This document shows, in pieces, positions 11,096 to 20,069 of a DNA stretch of 51,869 nt. Under the pieces are notes generated by a model. It made no database searches. It was not told where the DNA came from and saw only the letters and a list, made by a program, of their open reading frames with translations. The position numbers and the translations under genes were made by a program. This DNA comes from Paludibacter propionicigenes (GTDB lineage Bacteria; Bacteroidota; Bacteroidia; Bacteroidales; JAIFNL01), in NCBI GenBank assembly GCA_020721325.1, contig DYNA01000007.1, positions 1 to 51,869 of the forward strand. Direction: 5' to 3'. Every line of letters starts with the position of its first letter. Position 1 is the stretch's first letter.

Positions 11096-11257
11096 CTTTG
11101 CGTCTTTGCGTCTTTGCGTCTTTGCGTGAATTTTTTGTTTTTAACTTTTTTAGACTAAACTCAGGTATTTGATAAAAAAACTTTGCGTCTTTGCGTCTTT
11201 GCGTGAATTTTTTGTTTTTAACTTTTTTAGACTAAACTCAGGTATTTGATAAAAAAA
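11096..11257. repeat. 77-bp tandem duplication containing a (CTTTGCGT)n microsatellite
   Basis: 11104-11180 is identical to 11181-11257. Octamer occurs x4 then x3; its reverse complement recurs at about 43795-43819. Confidence 0.9.
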
Positions 11258-11277
11258 TTTCTTTAAAATATAAAAAA

Positions 11278-12948
11278 ATGAGAACAATTAAAAGCACTGC
11301 TTTACTTTTAATTTTGGTTGTTTATTTGGTTTCGTGCCAAGAATTGACCGATAAATTGAACAATAAAAAATCGACCCCAAACACTGAAAACGCTCTGGAA
11401 GATGACGAACCGCAAGAAGATGACGAAGAATGGCAAGACGAAAAAGACACAGCCCAAAGTAGTGAAAATCAAGAAGAATTGAGTTTTCACGAAGAGCTTT
11501 ACGGAAAAAATACAGAAAGTAAGGATTACGAGAAATTAGCCATAGATGATTATAACAATCAGATAGCTAAGTTTATAGCCGGATTGGAAAGTCAAAAATA
11601 TTCCGATTTGCAAACCAAACCGTTTTATCAAAGTCATAAATCGAACATTCAGCAGGCTTGGGCAAGAACCGAAAGTGAAGATTTAGAGCCAATTACGCGC
11701 TGGACTCGCGAAAACGCCATTGCTGGAAATCCGCAATACACGGCTACGGTTTTTTATCCGTTTTCGGGTCCCGATATTTTGTATGCCAATGCTTTTTTTC
11801 CGTTTGCACAAAATTATGTTTTGGTAGGTTTAGAAAAAATTGGCAGTTTGCCTCACATAGAAAGTCTTTCGCAAGATGCTGTTAATGAATACTTAACCGG
11901 AATTAGAGCTTCGCAACGATATTTGAACAAACACGGTTATTACATGACTACTCACATGCAAAAAGATTTTGCACAATCGGAGCTTAATGGAACTATTCAC
12001 TTGATTTTGTATTATTTAGCCTTAACAAAGCACGAAATTTTGGGAGTAGAGGAAATTGCCGTAAACAATTATGGCACGGTTACCGAAAAACAATTGGGGA
12101 ATATTCGCGGAATTAGAGTTGATTTTTCAACAGAAAACCTTAAAAATAAGCAAAGTGTATATTATTTTAAGCTTGATTTGTCGAATGAAAACATGGTAAA
12201 TAATGAAGGATTTTTACGTTTTCTTTCCAATCAATTCGATTTGCATACGTACATGAAATCAGCTTCTTACATTTTGCACGATTCGCATTTTAGTACTGTT
12301 TGCGATTTTATTCTTTCCAAAAGCATAAAAATTTTGCAAGACGACACGGGCGTTCCGTATTACAAATTTAAGAAAACTCCTTTTGAATTGACTCTTTTTG
12401 GAAAATATACATCAACCATTAAAGATTTTAAAAACCATTATCAGCCGGAGCTTAAAAAAGCACTCGATTTGCAAGAGAATAAGCACGAATTGCCATTTAT
12501 TGTGGGTTATAGCTCGTGGTTGGGCGAAACTTTGCTTATGTATGCTACCAAAAACAAGGAAGAGGCAAAGCTTTTAGCCGAAAAAGAGAAAACCAAAAAG
12601 AAGGAAACCATTGCTTCTACCAACGAAAAAAATGTGGTAAAAAATGAAGTAAAAAATGAAGTAAATTCGGAAAAAACGCCGGCGCGAAAACTGGTATATA
12701 AAGTACAATTTCTTTTTTCGGCAAAATATTTTAAAGAAGGTTCTCCGGAATTTAAAGGATTGAAAAATGTAGGTTATTACCAAGAAAATGGTGCTTACAA
12801 ATACACCATTGGCAATGAAATTTCGTCTCAAGATTGCATTTTACTCAAGAAAAAAGCAGTAGAAGCGGGCTTTGAAGATGCTTTTATTGTGGCTTTTTTC
12901 GACGAAAAAAGAATCAGTTTGCACACAGCTAAAAAAATAAGCAATTGA
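11278..12948 (+). CDS. Hypothetical lipoprotein with C-terminal SPOR-like domain
   Basis: Lipobox LVSC, acidic linker, globular core (FYPFSGPD, ILQDDTGVPY), C-terminal YKVQ...YKYTIG...GFEDAFIVAF as in Bacteroidota amidase tails. Confidence 0.7.
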   Translation: MRTIKSTALLLILVVYLVSCQELTDKLNNKKSTPNTENALEDDEPQEDDEEWQDEKDTAQSSENQEELSFHEELYGKNTESKDYEKLAIDDYNNQIAKFIAGLESQKYSDLQTKPFYQSHKSNIQQAWARTESEDLEPITRWTRENAIAGNPQYTATVFYPFSGPDILYANAFFPFAQNYVLVGLEKIGSLPHIESLSQDAVNEYLTGIRASQRYLNKHGYYMTTHMQKDFAQSELNGTIHLILYYLALTKHEILGVEEIAVNNYGTVTEKQLGNIRGIRVDFSTENLKNKQSVYYFKLDLSNENMVNNEGFLRFLSNQFDLHTYMKSASYILHDSHFSTVCDFILSKSIKILQDDTGVPYYKFKKTPFELTLFGKYTSTIKDFKNHYQPELKKALDLQENKHELPFIVGYSSWLGETLLMYATKNKEEAKLLAEKEKTKKKETIASTNEKNVVKNEVKNEVNSEKTPARKLVYKVQFLFSAKYFKEGSPEFKGLKNVGYYQENGAYKYTIGNEISSQDCILLKKKAVEAGFEDAFIVAFFDEKRISLHTAKKISN

Positions 12949-13093
12949 TTGCAGGCGTGTGGTTTAGCTTAAAATTGGTTGTTAAGGTGTTTTAAAAAGA
13001 AAACGGGCAAAAGTTTGCATTTTAAAACTGAAAGAGCGAGGTAACTTATCGATTATTTAACTTCATTTAATTCAAAATTTGAGAGTTATCGGA

Positions 13094-13198
13094 TTAATCT
13101 GTTAAAAAAACAAATAAATCCGCTTTATGGTCATAATCAACTTCAAATACTTTTATAATATCTGAATTGGACTTGTCTGATTGAAAAATTACTGGCAT
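13094..13198 (-). pseudogene. Short DUF6150-like fragment (34 aa)
   Basis: MPVIFQSDKSNSDIIKVFEVDYDHKADLFVFLTD resembles the KVY.VDY...ADL.V repeat of DUF6150 proteins; stops early. Confidence 0.4.
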
Positions 13199-13297
13199 AA
13201 TTAATTGTTTTAGAATGTTAATATTTCTGCAAATTCTCTTAATTCGCAGCAAACAAAAACTACACAAATAGTACCGTAAAAAAAATAAAATTATTTT

Positions 13298-14107
13298 GGT
13301 ATAGTTATCACCAAAACACCTTACAAACTCAAAAAAAAGTGCAGGTATCGTTATCACCAAAACACCTTACAAACTCAAAAAAAAGTGCAGGTATAATTAT
13401 CACCAAAATAACCTACAAATTGAAAAAAAAAGTACAGGTATAATTATCACCAAGTCGTTGTTTCTGTTGCAATATATCAGGTATAGTTATCACCAAGCCA
13501 TCGTTTCTCGTGCAACATAGCTGTTATAACTATCACAAGCCCTTCGTTTCTGTTACAAAGTATCAGTTACAACGTTACCACGCATTTTTTCGAGTTGCAA
13601 GGTATCAGTTATAACGCTACCAAGCACTTTTCAGAACTGAAACATAGCCGATAACATCTATACCAAGCCATTGCAAGTCTGAAAAATGCGTGGTAACGTT
13701 ATCACAAGCCCATTGTAACAGAAACGATGGGCTTGTGATAACGTTACCAAGTATGTTATTTTTCTTAAAAAGGGCAGGTAACGTTATAACAGCTATGTTG
13801 CAACACGAAAAAATGCGAGGTATAGTTATAACTGACCTATATTTTTTTGAAAAAGTATTAGGTATAGTTATTTTTGGCTATTTTCAAGAAAAACGAGTGC
13901 AGGTAGCGTTGTATTTCTATTATTGCAACACCCAAAAAAACTCTTGGTAACGTTATCACCGATATTTTGCATTTTTTGAAAAAATGTAAATAAAGTTAGG
14001 TAGCGTTGTATTTTTTTTTTTGCAAAATCCGAAAAAAACTTTTGGTAAGCTTGTATTTTTTTCTTTGCAAAATCCCAAAAAAACTTTTGGTATGATTGTA
14101 TTTTTTT
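13298..14107. repeat. Array of about 19 degenerate units (mostly 41-47 bp) with 14-bp core GGTA(T/A)(A/C)GTTAT(C/A)AC in both orientations
   Basis: Cores at 13298, 13344, 13390, 13437, 13480, 13523, 13566, 13608, 13650, 13692, 13735, 13777, 13819, 13861, 13902, 13946, 13999, 14044 and 14089. Confidence 0.9.
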
Positions 14108-14228
14108 GGGGGGAGTGATACAGGTGACTTCGAGTCATCGTATCACTTGCACAGGGCAGTTTCGCTCAAAGCGACTCTGCCAGCTATATTTGATAAAAAT
14201 AAAATTTGCAATTAGGATTGTTTTAATT

Positions 14229-15524
14229 CTATTCTACATTGCCCTGTTCAACGGCTATTTTGCTCAGAAGTTTTATATTTTGCAAGTCCGAAAAATCGTA
14301 TTGATACAAACCATCTGCGCCAATGGCTACAAGCAAATGATTGAGCGGAATAACATCGTACATGTTAATCTCTTCAAAATGAGCTAACAAATTGCTTGAA
14401 ATAGTGAGTGGGTCGGTGGCATCATAGACTTTAAGCCCTTGGTCGCCATCGCAAATAAAAAGCGTATTGTTTACACCAATTCCCAATCCGTGTGGCGAGG
14501 TCATCGGATAAGTTTTTAGCAAAATGGGGTTTTTAATATCGGTAATATCAATTACATCGAGCTGATTTTCAAAACCTCCGCAGGCTGTGCCTCCTCTCAG
14601 GGTAACGTAAGCCGTGTTTCCTTTTACCACCACAGGGTCGCACGAGCGAGCGTGTTCAAAACCCGATAAATAAGTTGGCTTAGCGGCATCAAAAATATTG
14701 TACACTTGCATTCCGGTTTGTGTTCCCACAAAAAGTTTGTCGCCCGAAATAAAAACCGTTTCGGCTATGGCACGGGTGGTTATTTTTTCAACCGAAGTGA
14801 AGGTTTGATTAGAAGAAATATCAAAAATTTCCAATTCATAATTTTTCAAAACATAAAAATAATTTTGATAAATAATAAATCGCGCCATAGAACCTCCAAC
14901 TCCACCGCCCGATGCTTCAGCCGGAGCTGATATCCAACCGCCTTCGTTGGCAGAGTAATCCATTTTTTCAAAAAATACAAAATTATCCAAATTGTAATTT
15001 ACGGTATCGGTAACGGTTTCTACTTTCCAATCAATTACAACGCCCTTGTTTTCATCGAGTTGGGCAATCGGATACAGATAATCGATTTCGGGCATAATGT
15101 ACGGAAAAACATTTTCTACGCGGCTCACTTCGCGCAAATTGTTGAAATCGGAAATATCAATAGAAACTAAATCGACATAACTATCGGCGTACAAAAGATT
15201 GTCTTTGATAGCCATATCCACATTGCCCGGAATATTGATAAACGCATGATGTACCGGATTTGCGGGGTTTGAGTTGTCGTAAACATGTATGCCTTTTTGC
15301 TGTTCGTTTACAAAAATGTAATTGTTATAGAAATAAATTTTTCCCGGAACTTTTAAAATGGCATCATTGGGTTGTTGGCTCACATTTACCGAAGCCCGCA
15401 GGTCGGCATAAGACATGTAAACCGGCGTGTAAGCTGTATAAGTGCGTTTTGTAATCATTTTGTCTTCGCACGAAGCAAAAAGAAAAAACACCATTAATAA
15501 TTGCAATAAATTTTTTGTTTTCAT
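14229..15524 (-). CDS. LVIVD-repeat beta-propeller lipoprotein
   Basis: Lipobox FASC; repeats GIHVYDNSNP, LVSIDISD, LDVIDITD; GSMARF and CDPVVV motifs. Confidence 0.85.
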   Translation of the reverse strand: MKTKNLLQLLMVFFLFASCEDKMITKRTYTAYTPVYMSYADLRASVNVSQQPNDAILKVPGKIYFYNNYIFVNEQQKGIHVYDNSNPANPVHHAFINIPGNVDMAIKDNLLYADSYVDLVSIDISDFNNLREVSRVENVFPYIMPEIDYLYPIAQLDENKGVVIDWKVETVTDTVNYNLDNFVFFEKMDYSANEGGWISAPAEASGGGVGGSMARFIIYQNYFYVLKNYELEIFDISSNQTFTSVEKITTRAIAETVFISGDKLFVGTQTGMQVYNIFDAAKPTYLSGFEHARSCDPVVVKGNTAYVTLRGGTACGGFENQLDVIDITDIKNPILLKTYPMTSPHGLGIGVNNTLFICDGDQGLKVYDATDPLTISSNLLAHFEEINMYDVIPLNHLLVAIGADGLYQYDFSDLQNIKLLSKIAVEQGNVE

Positions 15525-15961
15525 TATCTCATTTTTTTTAAGTAATATTTTTTTTTCTATTAACCGATACGAAAATTAAACTTAAAACGCTGCAAAATAT
15601 TTCTTTTTGATAAAAAAAAATCAAAAAAAGAATGTGAAAGCTTTTTTAAATCATGCAAAACAATTTCAGTTATATTCTGAAAGGTCTTTTTTTATTAATG
15701 TTTTCACAAATTTTAAATTTGTTTTTTTTAAGAATTTTTATTATTTTTAAGGTGTTAAAAAATTCATTTTAAAATTGTTTTCATTTGAAATTGAATTATT
15801 TATCTCAAAAATAAATTAAAAATTGTATTATTTTTCCAAAAACTTAAAATTCTAATTGAAAGTATTTTAGTCATAAAAATGAAAAAGACAGTTCGTCTGA
15901 AATATTGTATAAAAAATTTAATTTCAAACATTTACTTATTAACTTTTATAAGAATAAATTT

Positions 15962-16168
15962 ATGAAAAAATTCTTTTTATTGTTCATTTTTACATTTCTC
16001 TTTGGAGTTTTCAATTCTTTTGCTCCACCTCCAGACCCACCAGACGACCCGGGCGACCCAATTACCGACCCGTCAGCCGTTCCTATTGATGGTGGATTGA
16101 TTTTTTTAGCCGCAGCAGGAGCTGCTTATGCGGCTAAAAAAATTAAAGACAAAAAAGATACTCAATAA
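15962..16168 (+). CDS. Small secreted protein with PID-CTERM (VPIDGG) sorting signal
   Basis: ATG at 15962: signal peptide, Pro/Asp-rich stretch, VPIDGG, TM helix, basic tail. Confidence 0.8.
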   Translation: MKKFFLLFIFTFLFGVFNSFAPPPDPPDDPGDPITDPSAVPIDGGLIFLAAAGAAYAAKKIKDKKDTQ

Positions 16169-16243
16169 AACGGGTTTATTTATTTTGTGGGGAAAAATGA
16201 ATTTTATTTTTTCCTGCATATACTGCAAACGGTTTAATTATTT

Positions 16244-16277
16244 AACTTTTCCAAAGTTCTAAAACTTTGGAAAAGTT
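16244..16277. repeat. REP-like palindrome AACTTTTCCAAAGTT-ctaa-AACTTTGGAAAAGTT
   Basis: 15-bp inverted arms between convergent genes; half copies near 16344 and 43508. Confidence 0.6.
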
Positions 16278-16386
16278 GTCGTTTGTAGATTTTGAATGGT
16301 TATAATTTGAGCTTTTATTTTTATGTAATTGTTTTGTAATTAGAACTTTGGCAAAGTAGCCGTTTGTAGATTATCTAATTTTAAAA

Positions 16387-19300
16387 TTACTTTTGGAGTA
16401 AAATAAGCGGAAAATCCTGTCCAAAGCCAAAGCTTACCGGATATTGAGCTTTGCCTTTGTATTTTTCGGAAAGTTCGGGAACATTTTCGTTTACAAACGT
16501 GCTGATTTCTTGAACCGTTATTTTTTTGTCCAAACCTAAGTTTTCGGCTTTGCCTTGCAAGGCGTATAAAATGGAATAAGTGAATACGCCATGCCCCAAA
16601 GTACCAAATTCAGCGGCAAATTGCTCTGTAGTAGAAGCCGTTAGCCAAAATGTGCCGGTGCTTCGTGCCAATTGTGCAATTGCCTTTTCTTCAGCCACAT
16701 TGCCCATTGAAATCAAAGTTTCTAACAAACCGCCCGAATGACAAGCATCGAATACAAACATCTGCTTGCGTGCTTTTATTTCTTTTGAAAAAACTTTTAA
16801 ATTTCGCGCCGAAATGGCTTTGTTTTCCAATTCTTGAGTCGATTGGTTTACGTTGGTTAAATCGTAAGGAACTAAAAAGAACTGAGATTGAGCATCTTGG
16901 CTCATTATTCCATGTCCGGCATAGTAAAAAATAAAGACATCTTCGGGTTTTACTTTGCTTTTCAAAAGTTGCATTTGCTCTTGAATTTTGGCAAAACTTG
17001 CATTTTCATTGCCTAAAAAAACGGTTTCTATTTTTTCAAACAAACTTTTACTTCCCAATTCTAATTCTTTTTGAAACGAAGTAGCATCGGCTAAAGCATA
17101 ATTGAGCTTATAATCAGGGTTTTGATATTCATTAATTCCTACCACCAACATATAAAGCGATGTAGTGGACTGATTGCCATTAAAGTAAACATCTATTTCT
17201 TGCGGCACGGCTTCTACCTGTTCGGTGTTAAACGCCGTAATTTTCAGTGTGTTTTTTCCATTGAGAAGTTGAATTTTTATTTTTTTAGTGTGAACCTCGC
17301 CTACATCTAAAAAATCGTCCGATTCAATGAGTTTTTGATTGTGAAAAACCCGTATTTCGCTCACTCCCGTACCTTTGTCGTAAACATCTGCCCACAATTC
17401 AATTTCTTGAGTGGTAGCCAAAAGTTCACCTTTTTCGTTTTGCCGAAAGGTTTTGGTTTCTTTATTTGGCGAAATAATTTTTATTTCCGGCGGAAGTTTT
17501 ACCTCAATTTTCGGTTCAACCGTTTCTACTAAATTTTCACCATTAACGTAATCGAAATCGCTTACCGCAAAAATTGTTTCAAACAAGCGCGGTGTAAAAT
17601 ATTGTTCGTAAAAACTTTCCAAAGGAACAATTTGACCGTTTTGTAAATAAAAAAGCAAATCAATACCGGCTGGAGTGCCGTCAAATTTGCCCGAAGGCGT
17701 AACGGCAATAAAATCTTTAGAGTCGCTCATGCTGTAAAGTCTAAGCAATTCGGTGCCGTTTTGAGAACTCCAAAACCGAATGGTAGCATCGGAAGCCGCC
17801 GAAGCAATCCTTCTGCCGTCGGGCGAAAATTCAACATCAAATACTTTTGCAGTGTGTCCGGTTAACGTTTTTTCCAAAGTGCCATTGTTTACATTCCAGA
17901 TTTTGAGCGTGTTATCGTGGCTTGCCGAAACCAATTGGTTTCCATTTGGGTTAAAACTTAAACTCACCACTTTGTCGGTATGCCCGTTGAATTGAAAAAC
18001 GGTTTTTCCGGTTTCTACTTCCCAAAGGCGCACCGAATTATCCCAACTGCCTGTGGCTAAATATTTTCCGTTGGGGCTAAAAGCTACGCATTCCACATAG
18101 CCTTTATGCCCAATGTATTTGAACAATTCGTTTCCGGTTTGAGTATCGTAAAGTCGTGCCGAACCGTCCCACGAAGCAATGGCAAAACTTTTGCCGTCAG
18201 GCGAAAAAACAATGTCGCTTACAATGTCGTTTATATTGGCTGTTCGCAGAATTTGTTTGCCGGTTTCGGCATCGAAAAGTGCCGTTTCTTGATAATTTGT
18301 AGCGGCAATGATTTTGCTATCGGGGCTAATATCGAGGGCGGTAGCTCCAAATACAAAATTCCCCATGGTCTTGGTAACTTGCTTTTTAGACAAATCCCAA
18401 TAGTTCAATACATTAGATGCACTTCCGCTAACCATAAATTTTTGATTGGGACTGAATTTTAAGCACAAAACACTTTTATTGTCGGCTTTTAAAGGTTTCA
18501 AGTCTTTGCTATTTTGGGTATTCCAAATTTTAATGGAACTATTTGAACTGCCCGAAGCCAAAAAGCCTCCATCGGCACTAAAATTGATACACAAAATGTC
18601 TTCGCTATATCCTTTGAACTGTTTAATGAGCGTTCCATCAGCAATTTGTCTAATATTAATTTCGGCTTGAGCATTTCCGATTGCAATTTCTTTTCCGCTT
18701 TCGCTAAAAAGAAGGGAAAATACCACCGAATTTTCTAAAATAGTTAAAAGTTTTGTGCCTTTTTGCCAATCCCAAATGATGACGGTTTTATCGGCGGAGG
18801 CTGTTGCCAAAAATTGATTGTTGGGACTAAAACGCACGCTCCAAACCTCTTGCGTGTGTCCTTTAAGAACGGTTTGCAATTCGCCTGTTTCTGAGTTCCA
18901 AACGGCAACATTTTTGTCGCGGCTTCCGGCAGCTACCCATTTTGAGTTCGGGCTAAAAGCAAGGGCTGCACTGCTCAAGGAAAGCCCCACGAGCGGTCTA
19001 AGCAATTCATTGTTTTGAGCGTTCCAGAGTTTGATTTTATTCTCCCAACTGCTTGTTACAAAATATTTTCCATCGGGCGAAAGGGCAATATTTTCAACCC
19101 AACTGCTGTGTGCTGAAAGCGTGTTCAGATTTTCTCCGGTTTGAGCGTTCCAAATTTTGACCGTTCCGTCTGCTATTGCGGTATAAATTTTAGAACCGTC
19201 TGCACTGTAAGCCACAGCATTAACGGGCATCATTTGTTTTGCAAATTGCATCATTTCGGTTTCTGAATCTACGCTCCAAAGGCGAATGGTTTGGTCGGCA

Positions 19301-19575
19301 CTAACGGAAACCAAATTTTTACCGTTCGGACTAAAAGCTATATCGTTTACAAAAAATGAATGACCGCGAAAAGTTTTAATTTCCTTACCCAAAGCGGCAT
19401 TCCAGAGTTTGATTACACCATCTTTTGAGGCTGAAGCCAAATATTTAAAATCGGGGCTATATTCCAAAGCCGTTATTTCTTTGCTATGCCCTAAATTACT
19501 CATTAATACGGCATCTTGAGCCGATATTTGGTTCAAAATGAGCATTAAAACCACTAACAACAATTGTTTTTTCAT
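16387..19575 (-). CDS. Secreted WD40-repeat protein with C-terminal caspase-like (peptidase C14) domain
   Basis: Signal peptide from MKKQLLL (ATG 19575), about 14 GH...WD repeats, Ig-like linker, catalytic dyad YYAGHG / DACHSG. Confidence 0.9.
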   Translation of the reverse strand: MKKQLLLVVLMLILNQISAQDAVLMSNLGHSKEITALEYSPDFKYLASASKDGVIKLWNAALGKEIKTFRGHSFFVNDIAFSPNGKNLVSVSADQTIRLWSVDSETEMMQFAKQMMPVNAVAYSADGSKIYTAIADGTVKIWNAQTGENLNTLSAHSSWVENIALSPDGKYFVTSSWENKIKLWNAQNNELLRPLVGLSLSSAALAFSPNSKWVAAGSRDKNVAVWNSETGELQTVLKGHTQEVWSVRFSPNNQFLATASADKTVIIWDWQKGTKLLTILENSVVFSLLFSESGKEIAIGNAQAEINIRQIADGTLIKQFKGYSEDILCINFSADGGFLASGSSNSSIKIWNTQNSKDLKPLKADNKSVLCLKFSPNQKFMVSGSASNVLNYWDLSKKQVTKTMGNFVFGATALDISPDSKIIAATNYQETALFDAETGKQILRTANINDIVSDIVFSPDGKSFAIASWDGSARLYDTQTGNELFKYIGHKGYVECVAFSPNGKYLATGSWDNSVRLWEVETGKTVFQFNGHTDKVVSLSFNPNGNQLVSASHDNTLKIWNVNNGTLEKTLTGHTAKVFDVEFSPDGRRIASAASDATIRFWSSQNGTELLRLYSMSDSKDFIAVTPSGKFDGTPAGIDLLFYLQNGQIVPLESFYEQYFTPRLFETIFAVSDFDYVNGENLVETVEPKIEVKLPPEIKIISPNKETKTFRQNEKGELLATTQEIELWADVYDKGTGVSEIRVFHNQKLIESDDFLDVGEVHTKKIKIQLLNGKNTLKITAFNTEQVEAVPQEIDVYFNGNQSTTSLYMLVVGINEYQNPDYKLNYALADATSFQKELELGSKSLFEKIETVFLGNENASFAKIQEQMQLLKSKVKPEDVFIFYYAGHGIMSQDAQSQFFLVPYDLTNVNQSTQELENKAISARNLKVFSKEIKARKQMFVFDACHSGGLLETLISMGNVAEEKAIAQLARSTGTFWLTASTTEQFAAEFGTLGHGVFTYSILYALQGKAENLGLDKKITVQEISTFVNENVPELSEKYKGKAQYPVSFGFGQDFPLILLQK

Positions 19576-19889
19576 AGTTAAAAAAGGAAAAATATGTTTC
19601 AACAATAAAATTTGACTGCGTAAAGATACATTAATATCACAATCGTTCGTTATTTTTTTCCATCAATGTACGAATATTTTGAAATTCAACAAATAAAATT
19701 CAGTACAATTTTATTTTTTTTTATTTTACTTAAAATCAGAAAGTTATCTTTTAAATTTATTAGACTTGTTGCAAATTAAAATTCAATACTTTAGCAATTA
19801 AACTATTTTTTCAAATTTGAAAAAAAAATTGTATTTTTGTATCGGTTAAGTTCCTGCTTAACTCAAATACGATTTTATATATTGCTTTC

Positions 19890-19934
19890 ATAAGGTTATA
19901 AAGGTTTAGAACACAATTATAACCTTATTTTTTT
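19890..19934 (+). terminator. Intrinsic terminator-like hairpin upstream of the DEAD-box gene
   Basis: ATAAGGTTATAA (19890-19901) and TTATAACCTTAT (19917-19928), followed by a T-run. Confidence 0.5.
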
Positions 19935-20069
19935 ATTTTTACAATTTTTTTTCGTACATATTGCTAAAAAACTCAATTTTTTTTTTCACATAAAATTGTA
20001 AAAAAAACAGTAATTTTGCTTTTTCTAAAAATATGGAATTTTTATTTTTTATTGTGCAAAAAAGAAAGT

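Noticed and set aside
13298..14107. CRISPR or TIGR array
   Set aside because: The core is only 14 bp, degenerate and in mixed orientation; spacers are related to one another; there is no cas or Nop-domain gene in the window.
13690..14138. ORFs 13690-13950 (+) and 13956-14138 (-) as repeat proteins
   Set aside because: Unit lengths are often not multiples of 3 and the frames break; these are by-products of the DNA repeat.
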